Part shown: one piece after another, positions 1-10,236 of the stretch
Numbering within the stretch: the first letter of the stretch is position 1
Layout of the letters: every line of letters starts with the position of its first letter
Origin: Vulcanimicrobiota bacterium
Lineage (GTDB): Bacteria; Vulcanimicrobiota; Vulcanimicrobiia; Vulcanimicrobiales; Vulcanimicrobiaceae
Assembly (NCBI GenBank): GCA_963786105.1
Contig: CAWAXX010000017.1
Location: forward strand, 224,001-288,000
Reading direction: 5' to 3'
Length of the DNA stretch: 64,000 nt
Translations under genes and position numbers: made by a program
Notes under the pieces: model-generated
What the model was told of the DNA's origin: nothing
Databases searched by the model: none
What the model saw: only the letters and a program-made list of their open reading frames with translations

Positions 1-1641
1 TTCGCCCCCGGCGCGACCCACGCGCCGCATCACGTTCCCAAGGAGTGGGCGGACAAGTACAAAGGAAAGTTCGACAAAGGCTGGGACGTGTTGCGCGAAG
101 AGACGTTTGCGCGACAGAAGAAACTCGGCATCGTTCCGGCGGATGCGGAGCTGACGAAGCGGCCCGCCGAGATTCCGGCGTGGGACGACGAGCCCGCCGG
201 CATGAAACCGATTCTCGCGCGCGAGATGGAAGTCTACGCGGGGTTTCTAGAGCATACTGACTACCACGTCGGACGTTTGATCGACGGGCTCGACCGGCTC
301 AAGCAGCTCGACAGCACGCTGATTTACTACATCATCGGCGACAACGGAGCGTCGGCCGAAGGAACGCTGAACGGCTCCTTCAACGAATTGCTCATGCTCA
401 ACGGCGTGACGGGCGTGGAGACGCCGGAGTTCCTCAAGGAGCGGATCGACGAGTTCGGCGGTCCCACAGCCTACAACCACTACGCGGTCGGGTGGGCGCA
501 TGCGATGGACACGCCGTATCAATGGACCAAACAGGTGGCCTCGCATTGGGGCGGCACCCGCAACGGCACGATCGTGCATTGGCCAAACGGCATCAAGGCA
601 AAGGGTGAGATGCGATCGCAGTTTCATCACGTCATCGACGTCGCACCAACGGTTCTCGACGTCGCAGGCCTGCCGCATCCGACGTTCGTCAATGGCATCC
701 AGCAGCAGCCGATCGAGGGTTCTTCGATGCGCTACTCCTTCGACGACGCGAAAGCCCCGGACGCACACGAAACGCAATACTTCGAGATGTTCGTCAATCG
801 AGGAATCTATCACAAGGGTTGGACGGCGGTGACGCGCCACAGCACGCCTTGGGTGATCGCTCCGCTGCCACCGTACGACGACGACGTGTGGGAGCTCTAT
901 GCCCCGAGCGACTGGACGCAAGCGAACAACGTCGCCCAAGGGAATCCGGAGAAGTTGCGCGATCTGCAGCGGCTGTTCCTCATCGAAGCGACGAAATACA
1001 ATGTGCTTCCGCTCGACGACCGGCGAGTGGAACGGTTCAATTCCGATCTCGCGGGGAGGCCGGAACTGATTAAGGGCAAAACTCAGCTGCTGTTTGGCGG
1101 CATGGGACGGCTTAGCGAGAACTCGGTGTTAAACCTCAAGAACAAATCGCACGCCGTGAGCGCACAACTCGTCGTTTCGAAAACGGGCGCCGGCGGGGTG
1201 ATCGTCTCGCAGGGCGGCGCGTTCGGCGGATGGGCGCTCTACGCCAAAGACGGCAAGCCGGCATACTGTTACAATTTCGCTGGCATTAAATCGTTCACGG
1301 TATATGGCGATGCGGCGATCCCCCCCGGAGAGCATCAAGTGCGCATGGAGTTCGAGTACGACGGCGGCGGTCTGGGCAAAGGCGGAACTGCCAGACTTTA
1401 CCTGGATGGGAACCAATGCGGCGAAGGGCGCGTCGAGGTTACCGTGCCGATGCTATTCTCCGCAGACGAAACCTGCGACGTCGGCGTGGATAACGGCACC
1501 TGCGTCAGTGCCGACTATCCGCATCGCGACAACGAGTTTTCCGGAAAGGTGAAGTGGGTGCAGCTCGACATCGCCGATAAGGACGAAACGCATCTCGTGA
1601 CGGTCGAGGATCTCTACCGGATTGCGATGGCGCGGCAATGA
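1..1641 (+). CDS. Arylsulfatase (AtsA-like), N-terminus cut by window edge
   Basis: Frame +1 open from base 1 (FAPGATHAPHHVP...), GDNGAS motif, HHVIDVAPT, C-terminal LamG-like domain typical of this sulfatase subfamily. Confidence 0.9.
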   Translation, partial: FAPGATHAPHHVPKEWADKYKGKFDKGWDVLREETFARQKKLGIVPADAELTKRPAEIPAWDDEPAGMKPILAREMEVYAGFLEHTDYHVGRLIDGLDRLKQLDSTLIYYIIGDNGASAEGTLNGSFNELLMLNGVTGVETPEFLKERIDEFGGPTAYNHYAVGWAHAMDTPYQWTKQVASHWGGTRNGTIVHWPNGIKAKGEMRSQFHHVIDVAPTVLDVAGLPHPTFVNGIQQQPIEGSSMRYSFDDAKAPDAHETQYFEMFVNRGIYHKGWTAVTRHSTPWVIAPLPPYDDDVWELYAPSDWTQANNVAQGNPEKLRDLQRLFLIEATKYNVLPLDDRRVERFNSDLAGRPELIKGKTQLLFGGMGRLSENSVLNLKNKSHAVSAQLVVSKTGAGGVIVSQGGAFGGWALYAKDGKPAYCYNFAGIKSFTVYGDAAIPPGEHQVRMEFEYDGGGLGKGGTARLYLDGNQCGEGRVEVTVPMLFSADETCDVGVDNGTCVSADYPHRDNEFSGKVKWVQLDIADKDETHLVTVEDLYRIAMARQ

Positions 1642-3734
1642 TTTTTGGAATACCGATCCTTTCGGCGACACGAGTGTGCGCGCTGGTCGCAGCCTTGATG
1701 GGGGCGGCCATTGCGCCGGGTCGGGCCGCGGCGCCCGTCACTCCCGAAGATCTCTTCGCTCTCACTTTTCTGAGCTCCGCGCTGATCTCGCCCGACGGGG
1801 CGCACGTGCTGGTCATGGCGTCAAAGGCGAACGGGCAGAAAAACAGCTACGACCGGACGATCGATCTGATCGACGTTTCCACGGGCGCGCTCGTCGCAAA
1901 CGTGACCGGGCGGAAAGGCGATGGCGATTATGCGTGGATGCCTGACGGCGCGAGCTTCGTTTTCGTGCGCACGATGCCGAAAGAAAAGGGACAGCTCTAC
2001 CGGTACACCTTGGCGACCAAACAGAGCGTCGAGCTCACGCACTTCAAGCAAGGCGTGTCGAGTCCGGTCGTTTCGCACGACGGTAAACGGATCGCGCTTT
2101 CGGTCAACGATCCCGATACTCCCGATAACGCCTACATCGATTTTGCAAAAGCCGGGTTCAAACCAACGGCCGATGAGAAGAAGACCGACATACATAAAAT
2201 CGACCAGCTGTTCTTTCAAGCCAACGGTCAAGGCTACACGTACCAAGATCATCCCCACATTTGGACGATCGACGCTAACGGCGGACATCCCAAGCAGCTG
2301 ACGTCCGGCAAATGGGCCGAGGCGTTCGACGCGTGGTCGCCCGACGATCGAACGATCGCCTTCGATTCGCTCCGCTACGAGACGGTTGATGCGGGCCCCA
2401 ACGACGTGTACTTCATTTCGTCCGACGGCGGAACTCCGCAAAAGATGACGTCGGCAGAGGTGGGGAACTTCGGGTTGTTCTTCAGCAGCGACGGTAGCCG
2501 CTTTTACTCGTTCCGCGGCGGCGTAAAGGATGCCGCCCAGCTCGTGGCACTGTATTCCAGCCAGACCGACGGCAGCGATGCTCGAGCGATCGTCGCCAAG
2601 AACCAAGTGTCGTGGGGCGACAGCCTGCTGGCCGATATGAAGGAAGGCGGTGGTCTCTGTGCGTCGCCGCTTCCCGGCGCCATGCAGTTGCTGCTGAATC
2701 GCGACGGCCCCGGCTACGCAAATCTCCAGATTCTCGACACCGGCACCGGATCGTTCCGCGACTTGACGGCGCCCAAGGGTGAAGCATGGTCGTGTTCGGT
2801 TTCGCGCGACGGCAAAACCGCGGCCTACCTCTACAGCGACTTCATGCATCCGGCCGACGTCTACGTGGTCGACCTTTCCAGCGGCAAGACGCGACAGCTC
2901 ACACACGTCAACGAGGCCTATCTCGCCTCGGTAGCGCTGTCGACGCCTCAGGAGTTTTCGGTAAAGGATCCATCCGGATTTACCGTGCAGGCCTGGTTCA
3001 TGCCGGCGACGGGAGGGAAACCTGCGGCCAAACGTGCGACGATACTGAACATCCACGGCGGACCGGAGACGCAGTTCGGCGAGACGTACTTCATGGAGTT
3101 TCAATACTACGCGTCGCTCGGCTACAACGTCGTGTTTTGCGATCCCGCGGGAAGCACCGGGCACGGCTATGCGTTTGAAGAGGCGTTGGAGAGCAACTAC
3201 GGCGATGCGATGTTTGCGGACGTTCAAGCGGTGATGGATGCGGCCGTGCAGCGGCCGGACGTCGATGCGTCCCGCCTTGGCGTGATGGGCGGCTCGTACG
3301 GCGGCTACGCGACGCTCTGGGTGATCGCGCACACCGACCGCTACAAAGCGGCGGTAGCGGAGCGCGCCGTAAGCTTCATGCAAAGCGAGAACCTGGCCGC
3401 AGACTTCGCGGCAAAGAACGGTTTGGGCGGGGGATACTACACTTGGGGGCCGCCGTGGGACCCCGCGAGCTCCCTCTACGCGAAGTTTTCGCCGCTAACG
3501 TACGTCGCGAACGTTCGTACGCCGCTGCTGATCCTTCATGCTGATTTCGACACCCGCGCGCCGATCGACCAAACGCTCCAAGAATTTACGGCGCTGAAGA
3601 TCCTGGGTCAAACCGTCGAATACGTCGCGGTTCCCAATGAGAACCACGACCTATCGCGTACCGGAGCACCGATTCATCGCGTCGAGCGCCTGCACGTCAT
3701 CGCCGACTGGATGAACAAGTACCTAAACCCGTAG
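1638..3734 (+). CDS. S9 family peptidase (dipeptidyl aminopeptidase/acylaminoacyl peptidase), probably exported; exact start uncertain
   Basis: Signal-like N-terminus, beta-propeller repeats, IHGGP, catalytic GGSYGG, D-x-R and ENHD motifs. Confidence 0.9.
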   Translation: MIFGIPILSATRVCALVAALMGAAIAPGRAAAPVTPEDLFALTFLSSALISPDGAHVLVMASKANGQKNSYDRTIDLIDVSTGALVANVTGRKGDGDYAWMPDGASFVFVRTMPKEKGQLYRYTLATKQSVELTHFKQGVSSPVVSHDGKRIALSVNDPDTPDNAYIDFAKAGFKPTADEKKTDIHKIDQLFFQANGQGYTYQDHPHIWTIDANGGHPKQLTSGKWAEAFDAWSPDDRTIAFDSLRYETVDAGPNDVYFISSDGGTPQKMTSAEVGNFGLFFSSDGSRFYSFRGGVKDAAQLVALYSSQTDGSDARAIVAKNQVSWGDSLLADMKEGGGLCASPLPGAMQLLLNRDGPGYANLQILDTGTGSFRDLTAPKGEAWSCSVSRDGKTAAYLYSDFMHPADVYVVDLSSGKTRQLTHVNEAYLASVALSTPQEFSVKDPSGFTVQAWFMPATGGKPAAKRATILNIHGGPETQFGETYFMEFQYYASLGYNVVFCDPAGSTGHGYAFEEALESNYGDAMFADVQAVMDAAVQRPDVDASRLGVMGGSYGGYATLWVIAHTDRYKAAVAERAVSFMQSENLAADFAAKNGLGGGYYTWGPPWDPASSLYAKFSPLTYVANVRTPLLILHADFDTRAPIDQTLQEFTALKILGQTVEYVAVPNENHDLSRTGAPIHRVERLHVIADWMNKYLNP

Positions 3735-3747
3735 AAAAGTAGGACGC

Positions 3748-5385
3748 GTGATCGGGAAGGACGACCTTCGTTCAATCGTCGCATTCGCGGAAATCGACGA
3801 CGGAGAACTTGCGCGGGTAGCGTCGCGCTGCGCCGACGTGCGCCTCGATGCGGGGGAGTGGCTTTTCCGGGAAGGCGAATCGGCGCGATTTTACGCGGTT
3901 GTGTCCGGCGAGTTGGAGGTCAGTAAGCGTATCGGTGGCCTCAACGCCGTGCTGATCAAATACTTGCCGGGCGATTCGTTTGGAGAAGTGCCGTTGTTGC
4001 TCGGTTCGCCGGCGATCTCGAGCGTGCAGGCGACCATGCCGTCGCGCGTCGCCGCACTCGAGACGACCGAGTTTTGGCGTTTGATGCACGCCCACGATAA
4101 CTTGGCGAAAATCGTTGCCGCCAACATGGCACTGCGCATCTCGGTTCTGCGATCGACCGAACTGAAAGCGCCGGCGGCGCGCTGTACGATCGTCGGGGCG
4201 GCAAACTCGCCGGAATGTTACCGATTGCGCGACTTCTTGACGCGGCTGCGTATCCCGTACGATTGGGAGGTATGTGAGGGGGACGACTGCCGGGTGACGT
4301 TCTCGGGCAGTCGCGAACTGATATCGCCCACGATTCGGCAAGTGGCCGAAGCGCTCGGTCTCCAGACGACTCCGCGCGACCACTGTTACGATGTCGCGGT
4401 CGTCGGAGCCGGGCCGGCAGGTTTGGCCGCCGCCCTTTACGGCGCGTCGGAAGGCCTGAGTACGGTTCTATTAGAGCGTGAGGCGCCCGGCGGGCAAGCC
4501 GGCACCTCGTCGAGGATCGAAAACTACCTCGGTTTTCCGGGAGGAATATCTGGCGACGACCTGGCCGATCGCGCGTTCGCGCAAGTACAGCGATTGGGAG
4601 CTGACGTGGTCGTGACGCGCCAGGCGAACCGAATCGAAGGCGGCGATTTCGCTCGCCGAATCGTCCTCGACGACGGCGAGGTCGTGGCGTGCCGGTGCAT
4701 CGTGATAGCGACCGGAGCATCGTATCGACGGCTGCCGGCGCGCGGATGCGACGATTATCTCAACCGAGGCGTCTACTACGGCGCCGCGCAGTCGGAAGCC
4801 CGGCGAGTGGGAGGCCAGCGCATTCATCTGATCGGCGGTGGAAACTCGGCCGGTCAGGCCGCGATGTTCTTCTCGTATTATGCGGAACACCTGGACATCG
4901 TCATCCGAGGCAACGATTTAACGAAGTCGATGTCGAAATATTTGATCGACGAGCTCGCGTCGCGGTCGAACGTATCGGTCGTTACGAACACCGAAGTCGA
5001 AGCCGTCGAAGGCAGTGATGAAGTCGAAACGGTGATTTTGCGCGACGCCAATAGTGGGAAGACGCGACGCGAATCGACGCACGCGGTATTCGTGTTCATC
5101 GGGGCCGAAGCGCAGACCGAGTGGCTCACCGACTTCGTCGCGACGGATCGCCGTGGGTACGTACTCACCGGCCGGGAGGCGGCCAAGGCTGGGTCGGCCT
5201 GGCCGTTGCTCGCGCGCGAGCCGTTCTTGCTTGAAACCAATCGACCCGGTGTCTTTGCCGCCGGCGACGTGCGCAGCGGTTCCGTAAAGCGCGTCACCGC
5301 AGGCGTCGGTGAAGGGTCGACGGCGATCGCTATGGTGCATCAAGCTCTCGCCGAAGACGCGTCCCGAGCCGCCGCGGCGTTGTGA
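3748..5385 (+). CDS. cNMP-binding domain fused to thioredoxin reductase-like FAD oxidoreductase
   Basis: N-terminal LFREGE...FGEVPLL cNMP domain; GAGPAG, IENYLGFP, GGGNSA and FAAGDVR flavoprotein motifs. Confidence 0.88.
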   Translation: MIGKDDLRSIVAFAEIDDGELARVASRCADVRLDAGEWLFREGESARFYAVVSGELEVSKRIGGLNAVLIKYLPGDSFGEVPLLLGSPAISSVQATMPSRVAALETTEFWRLMHAHDNLAKIVAANMALRISVLRSTELKAPAARCTIVGAANSPECYRLRDFLTRLRIPYDWEVCEGDDCRVTFSGSRELISPTIRQVAEALGLQTTPRDHCYDVAVVGAGPAGLAAALYGASEGLSTVLLEREAPGGQAGTSSRIENYLGFPGGISGDDLADRAFAQVQRLGADVVVTRQANRIEGGDFARRIVLDDGEVVACRCIVIATGASYRRLPARGCDDYLNRGVYYGAAQSEARRVGGQRIHLIGGGNSAGQAAMFFSYYAEHLDIVIRGNDLTKSMSKYLIDELASRSNVSVVTNTEVEAVEGSDEVETVILRDANSGKTRRESTHAVFVFIGAEAQTEWLTDFVATDRRGYVLTGREAAKAGSAWPLLAREPFLLETNRPGVFAAGDVRSGSVKRVTAGVGEGSTAIAMVHQALAEDASRAAAAL

Positions 5386-5406
5386 AGTTGCCGGCGTGGA
5401 GCTCCG

Positions 5407-5604
5407 CTACACGATGTCTTCGGGTGTCCCGTGGTGGACGTCCCACTGATCTTCCCGATTCTCGTCAAGGCTGCTTTCACCATACTTTTCCTGTTCCCGA
5501 TGAACCGCCTCGGAAGGGTCGATTGGAAGCTCGTCTTTAGAAGCCACGTCGGGTGAAATATCTTGGCTCGAGTCGTCTTCGTAGGGGAGGTGTCCGTCTC
5601 TCAT
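5407..5604 (-). CDS. Small acidic hypothetical protein (65 aa)
   Basis: ATG at 5604, D/E-rich protein-like composition, fills the gap between two genes. Confidence 0.5.
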   Translation of the reverse strand: MRDGHLPYEDDSSQDISPDVASKDELPIDPSEAVHREQEKYGESSLDENREDQWDVHHGTPEDIV

Positions 5605-5767
5605 GACGTCGGAATTTCTCGAAAAGACTTCATAACCCGCTCCGCTTTTACCGGTCGCCCGATCCCGACGCAAGCGCGGCCCCGGAGCCACGGCGGCATG
5701 CCGCAGAAGCGCCGCACGGCCTGCGGAAAATGAAGGTTGTGGTTATTCGGGCAACGGACATGAAGGC

Positions 5768-6706
5768 GTGAGCACTATTTTCGTATCGACGTGGGACGAC
5801 GGAGTATTCGTTGTCGCTGGAAAAACGGTCAGGCAAGAACTTGCCGATCGATCGGTTCGCAGTCTGGCGTCCGACCACCATGGAAGAGTGCTCGCAGTTG
5901 TTGGCCGGCATTCGCTGCGTCGACGGTCGCGTGACGGCGAATGGACCGAGATTGCAAAGAGTGATTTCGAGCTTTCATGCTGTCTACCAGTTGGGAACGC
6001 CGTCTTCGTCGGAACCGACGATGCACAAATGCTGCGCGTCGATCCCAACGGTGCGCAGCAACTCCTGGCGGGTTTTGACGCCGTAGAAGGCCGCGACACG
6101 TGGTACGCAGGAACGGCGATCGTCGACGGCAAGGTGGTGGGGCCGCCGCTTGGAATTCGTTCAGTGGCGGCGACGTGCGACGGGGCCGTGCTTCTGGCGA
6201 ACGTCCATGTCGGCGGAATTCCGCGATCCACCGATTCCGGTCTAACCTGGCAGCCCACTATCGACATCGAGAGCGACGTCCATCAGGTCTGCGCACATCC
6301 GTCACGGCCCAACATCGTGATAGCGGCCGCGGCGAAGGGTCTTTGCATGAGTCGCGATGCCGGAACGACGTGGACCGTCGAACAACGTGGACTGCACGCG
6401 CATCATTGCTCCGCAGTCGCTTTCGGGCGAAACGACATGTTCGTGTCGGCATCCACCGACCCGTTTGCGGCGCAAGGCGCCGTCTATCGACGCCGGGTCG
6501 ACGGCAACGGGACGCTGCAGCCTTTGGGTGGAGGTATGCCAAAGTGGACCGACGGCAAAGTCGATACCGATTGCATCGCGGCTCGAGACTCGATGGTCGC
6601 GGTGATCGACTGGTCGGGACGTCTCTACGTGTCGAGTGACGATGGTGCCGCTTGGTCGCGTTCATTCGATTGCCCAACCGCTCCCAGCGGGCTCGCTATC
6701 GGTTGA
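5768..6706 (+). CDS. BNR/Asp-box beta-propeller protein (WD40/YVTN-like)
   Basis: Repeated SxDxGxTW motifs (STDSGLTW, SRDAGTTW, SDDGAAW). Confidence 0.75.
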   Translation: MSTIFVSTWDDGVFVVAGKTVRQELADRSVRSLASDHHGRVLAVVGRHSLRRRSRDGEWTEIAKSDFELSCCLPVGNAVFVGTDDAQMLRVDPNGAQQLLAGFDAVEGRDTWYAGTAIVDGKVVGPPLGIRSVAATCDGAVLLANVHVGGIPRSTDSGLTWQPTIDIESDVHQVCAHPSRPNIVIAAAAKGLCMSRDAGTTWTVEQRGLHAHHCSAVAFGRNDMFVSASTDPFAAQGAVYRRRVDGNGTLQPLGGGMPKWTDGKVDTDCIAARDSMVAVIDWSGRLYVSSDDGAAWSRSFDCPTAPSGLAIG

Positions 6707-6889
6707 TTTCGCCACGTTGCCTCAGGCCCGACAAAACGCAGGCAGCTGGAGCGTCGCTGCCGCTCCGAACTGCCTCGTCCGTTCTAGGCTCGTGCGTCGA
6801 GCCAACTTCCATGAAACTCGAGAGTTACTTCGCCGTCCGATTAGAGCACGTGAATCTTAGAATTCGCCGCAACCAGAACGTTTGGAAGC

Positions 6890-7732
6890 TCACGGAACAA
6901 GCGTCCGTGGCGGATCGAGGTATTGAATGCCGGCTTTTTGCAGGATCGCCTTGCCTTCGCCGGTTAGGACGAACCGTTCGAAAGCGTTCGCCTGCGCCGC
7001 GTGCGGCGCGGAGCGCATCACGGCAAGCGTATACGTGATCCGGTCGCTCACTGCCGCCGCCCCGGGGAGCGCGACGAAATGCAGACCTCTGGCGACGGCT
7101 TCGGTTTTGTAGAAGAAGCCAACATCGGCTTGTCCCGTATCGATGCGTGCGAGCAAGTCTTCTTCAGGAAATATCTGCGCGCTGTTTTCGGCCGGCCCGA
7201 GGAGTCGTGCCTCACCGTCTGCTCCGGCGAGTATCGTCATCGCCTCCACGGTGTAGACGCCTTTGGGATCGAGCTGCGGATCGGTTCGCCCGATGGCGAT
7301 CCCGGGCGTGGAAAGGGCGTCGAGAACCGAGACATTGCCCGACGCGACCTTCGCGAAAAGCGCGGCATCCTTGGACTTGTCCGACCAGCCAATTCCGAGG
7401 CTCGTCGAGGCGAAGGTCGTCGCGCGCGAAACCTTGGAGCCTAGTCCGGTTACAAGCGTTGGATCGACGCTGATGAAGACGTCGGGGTTCTTGAGGCCCG
7501 AAGAAATCAGATTGGCAAGCATTTTGCTCCCCGCGCCCTGACCCTGAAACTCGACCCCCTGCGAGGCGAGAGCCGTTTTGATTGGTCCCTCCATCGGCGT
7601 GACGAGCGATCCCGCGTAGAGCACGGAGACCACGCCCAGCGTATCCGCGATCGCGGTCGAGTTCGTCAAAAGCATCGCCGCCGACAACGCGAAGACCCGA
7701 AGAATGGCGTTTCCCGTCGAAACGCTCCTCAC
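6890..7732 (-). CDS. Molybdate/tungstate ABC substrate-binding protein (ModA/WtpA-like)
   Basis: Signal peptide, YAGSL, GS...PDVFIS, DPQLDPKG motifs; adjacent to TOBE/Mop gene. Confidence 0.8.
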   Translation of the reverse strand: MRSVSTGNAILRVFALSAAMLLTNSTAIADTLGVVSVLYAGSLVTPMEGPIKTALASQGVEFQGQGAGSKMLANLISSGLKNPDVFISVDPTLVTGLGSKVSRATTFASTSLGIGWSDKSKDAALFAKVASGNVSVLDALSTPGIAIGRTDPQLDPKGVYTVEAMTILAGADGEARLLGPAENSAQIFPEEDLLARIDTGQADVGFFYKTEAVARGLHFVALPGAAAVSDRITYTLAVMRSAPHAAQANAFERFVLTGEGKAILQKAGIQYLDPPRTLVP

Positions 7733-7932
7733 TTTCCAAGCATGACTTCAGTGGCTTTAATAATTACGGTAACCTCATCGCCGGCCGCGATTCCGAGACG
7801 CCGTACCGACGAAGCGGTTATCGCCGACGTGATCGTGGACGAACTTACCGCTACCTCCACCTCGGCCATAACCGCGCCCACCGACACCGACGTCACGCGG
7901 CCTCGAATTTGATTGCGCGCACTAAGTTCCAT
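7729..7932 (-). CDS. TOBE/Mop molybdate-binding protein
   Basis: SARNQ...G...IKATEV signature, 67 aa. Confidence 0.9.
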   Translation of the reverse strand: MELSARNQIRGRVTSVSVGAVMAEVEVAVSSSTITSAITASSVRRLGIAAGDEVTVIIKATEVMLGK

Positions 7933-8095
7933 GGCATCCCTTTCATAATAGGCGTTGAATCGCGAGCTTTCTGGCATCCGGGCCATCCCGCCCGCCTGGA
8001 AACCCAAGAGTCCCGGCGACGACAGGTTGCTTGAAGCTCGTCGACGCCTGCGCTATCATCGCGAAAAAACGATGAGCGAGAAACGGAGGCTCCGT

Positions 8096-9136
8096 ATGTC
8101 GGGAAAGGCCGGCGTCGATCGCCGTGGTTTCATCGGCGCTGCGGCCATGACCGTCGCCGCAACACAACTGGGCATGTCGCCATCGGCGAACGCTCAATCT
8201 GGTAATGCGAACTCGCTACCGCCGATTCAGGCGGGACGGAGCGCGGCGTTTGCCTCTCTGAAACAGATCGATGCGGGCTTGCTGAATGTTGGATACGCCG
8301 AGGACGGCCCGGCTGATGGCCCGGCGGTAGTCCTATTGCACGGCTGGCCGTATGACATTCACAGCTACGGCGACGTTGCTGCATTGCTGGCTTCGGCGGG
8401 GTATCGGGTGATCGTGCCGTATCTGCGCGGTTACGGCTCGACGCGATTCCTTTCAAGCGCGACCTTCCGGAACGGCCAGCAATCGGTCGTCGCCGTCGAT
8501 ACGATCGCCCTCATGGACGCTCTTAAGATTCAGCGAGCCATCCTGGCCGGTTTCGACTGGGGAGCGCGGACGGCCGATATCGTCGCCGCCCTCTGGCCCG
8601 AGCGTTGTAAGGCCCTCGTCTCCGTGAGCGGCTGTCTCATTACGAACCTTCAGGCGAACCTGCAGCCGTTACCGCCGGCCGCCGAATTGGGTTGGTGGTA
8701 CCAGTATTACTTTGCTACGGAACGCGGACTGCTTGGCTATAGGGAAAACCGGTATGCTTTTAACAAGCTGATCTGGAAGATCGTTTCGCCGAAGTGGGGC
8801 TTCGACGACGCGACGTTCGATCGCACGGCAACAGCCTTCGACAATCCGGATCACGTCGCCATCGTGATCCACAATTACCGCTGGCGGCTGAGCCTAGCAA
8901 AGGGTGACCCGGAATACGACGACCTGGAACGCCGGCTTTTCGAGGGCCCGGTTATCCATCGTACCCGCAATTACCGTTGCGAGCGATTTCGATGGCGCGG
9001 CCGCCGGCGGCGAATCGTACCGCAACAAATTCACGGGCAAATATTCGCATCGGGTCCTTCGGGGCATCGGTCACAACGTGCCTCAAGAGACCCGCAAGCC
9101 TTCGCCCAGGCCGTAATCGATGTCGACCGTTATTGA
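8096..9136 (+). CDS. Tat-exported alpha/beta hydrolase (epoxide hydrolase-like); two compensating frameshifts near 8956 and 9089
   Basis: GGAGG SD, RRGF twin-arginine motif, LLHGWP, GFDWGA; the catalytic-His segment GIGHNVPQE lies in another frame (ORF 8904..9116). Confidence 0.85.
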   Translation: MSGKAGVDRRGFIGAAAMTVAATQLGMSPSANAQSGNANSLPPIQAGRSAAFASLKQIDAGLLNVGYAEDGPADGPAVVLLHGWPYDIHSYGDVAALLASAGYRVIVPYLRGYGSTRFLSSATFRNGQQSVVAVDTIALMDALKIQRAILAGFDWGARTADIVAALWPERCKALVSVSGCLITNLQANLQPLPPAAELGWWYQYYFATERGLLGYRENRYAFNKLIWKIVSPKWGFDDATFDRTATAFDNPDHVAIVIHNYRWRLSLAKGDPEYDDLERRLFEGPVIHRTRNYRCERFRWRGRRRRIVPQQIHGQIFASGPSGHRSQRASRDPQAFAQAVIDVDRY

Positions 9137-9152
9137 CGACGAAGGAAAAGGT

Positions 9153-9437
9153 ATGCTGATTCAGTCCATCCATTACACGTTCGCGCCGGAAGATGCGGAT
9201 AAGGCCGAAGCCATCTTGCGAGAACTGCGCGACGCCTCACGCAAAGAAGAAGGCGTGCTCGGCTTCGACATCGCTCGCAGCCAAGAGAATCCGAGCGTCT
9301 TTGCGCTGTGGGAACAGTACCGGGATCGAGCCGCGCTGGACGCTCACAAGGCGACGGAACACTTCAAAGAACTCGCGCTGAAGGGCGTGCGGCCCCTGGC
9401 CCGGCAACGCGTCGCAGAGACGGTTTTTCCGATCTGA
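9153..9437 (+). CDS. ABM-domain putative quinol monooxygenase
   Basis: SRKEEG...F.LWEQY....ALDAHKATEHF pattern. Confidence 0.85.
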   Translation: MLIQSIHYTFAPEDADKAEAILRELRDASRKEEGVLGFDIARSQENPSVFALWEQYRDRAALDAHKATEHFKELALKGVRPLARQRVAETVFPI

Positions 9438-9443
9438 ACTCGC

Positions 9444-10157
9444 TTAGTCGTTCGGAAGCGGCTTGCTCGTCAGGCGCGAAAACTGCGCTTCGGTTCCGTT
9501 CTGCGTCCTCTGTTGTTTGATCTGCTCCTTCTGAGCCGCGAGCATCGTCGCAAGCCCGTCCAGTCCTTGATTTAGTTGCAGATTTTTCGCCTTCCACGTT
9601 GCCGTGTTCGTGAAGACGACGCCAGGATAGACCGCCTTCAGGTCCGGTACGGATCGATTTTCGTTTTGAACTCGCCGGATGATCTTCGTCAGCGAGTCGG
9701 TGTCCCCGAAAGCGTATCCGTTGACGTACGGTCCCACGAGCTCTAAGAAAGCGTCCTGCGCGTGGAAGAGCTCGAAGCCCGGGCTGCCGATACTTCCCAT
9801 CTTGCTTTGATCGACGAGCAGCGCGAATTGGCGTCCCCGGTATTGAGCCGAATAAAACCAATAGACCGCATCGTTTCTGTAGCCGAGATCGTAAAGGCGA
9901 ATCGCTCCTACGTACATCTGATAGAACGTCAGCGCGTTCCATTGGTTCTTCATCGCGTGGATCGTCGCGACGAATTCCTTGTCGTTCGTCGAACCTAAGC
10001 CCGTGCTGAATTTGCCGACCTTGATGACCGGGCCGGCCGAGTTGTAGTATGGAATGACGTATGCGTCGATCTTGGCGGGATCGGAAACGAGGGCGCTGCC
10101 CGCAACCGGCAAGACGCTTGCGAGAAGAACTCCGGCGACAAGAAGCGTCGCTTTCAT
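9444..10157 (-). CDS. Exported hypothetical protein
   Basis: 237-aa ORF with SD (AGGAAG) and signal peptide. Confidence 0.75.
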   Translation of the reverse strand: MKATLLVAGVLLASVLPVAGSALVSDPAKIDAYVIPYYNSAGPVIKVGKFSTGLGSTNDKEFVATIHAMKNQWNALTFYQMYVGAIRLYDLGYRNDAVYWFYSAQYRGRQFALLVDQSKMGSIGSPGFELFHAQDAFLELVGPYVNGYAFGDTDSLTKIIRRVQNENRSVPDLKAVYPGVVFTNTATWKAKNLQLNQGLDGLATMLAAQKEQIKQQRTQNGTEAQFSRLTSKPLPND

Positions 10158-10236
10158 AGATTACTTCCTTTTAAATCGTGTCGCGCCGAGCGATCTAGCG
10201 CAGGTGGGACTGTAGAGCCTGGTGGAAGATCGCGCG

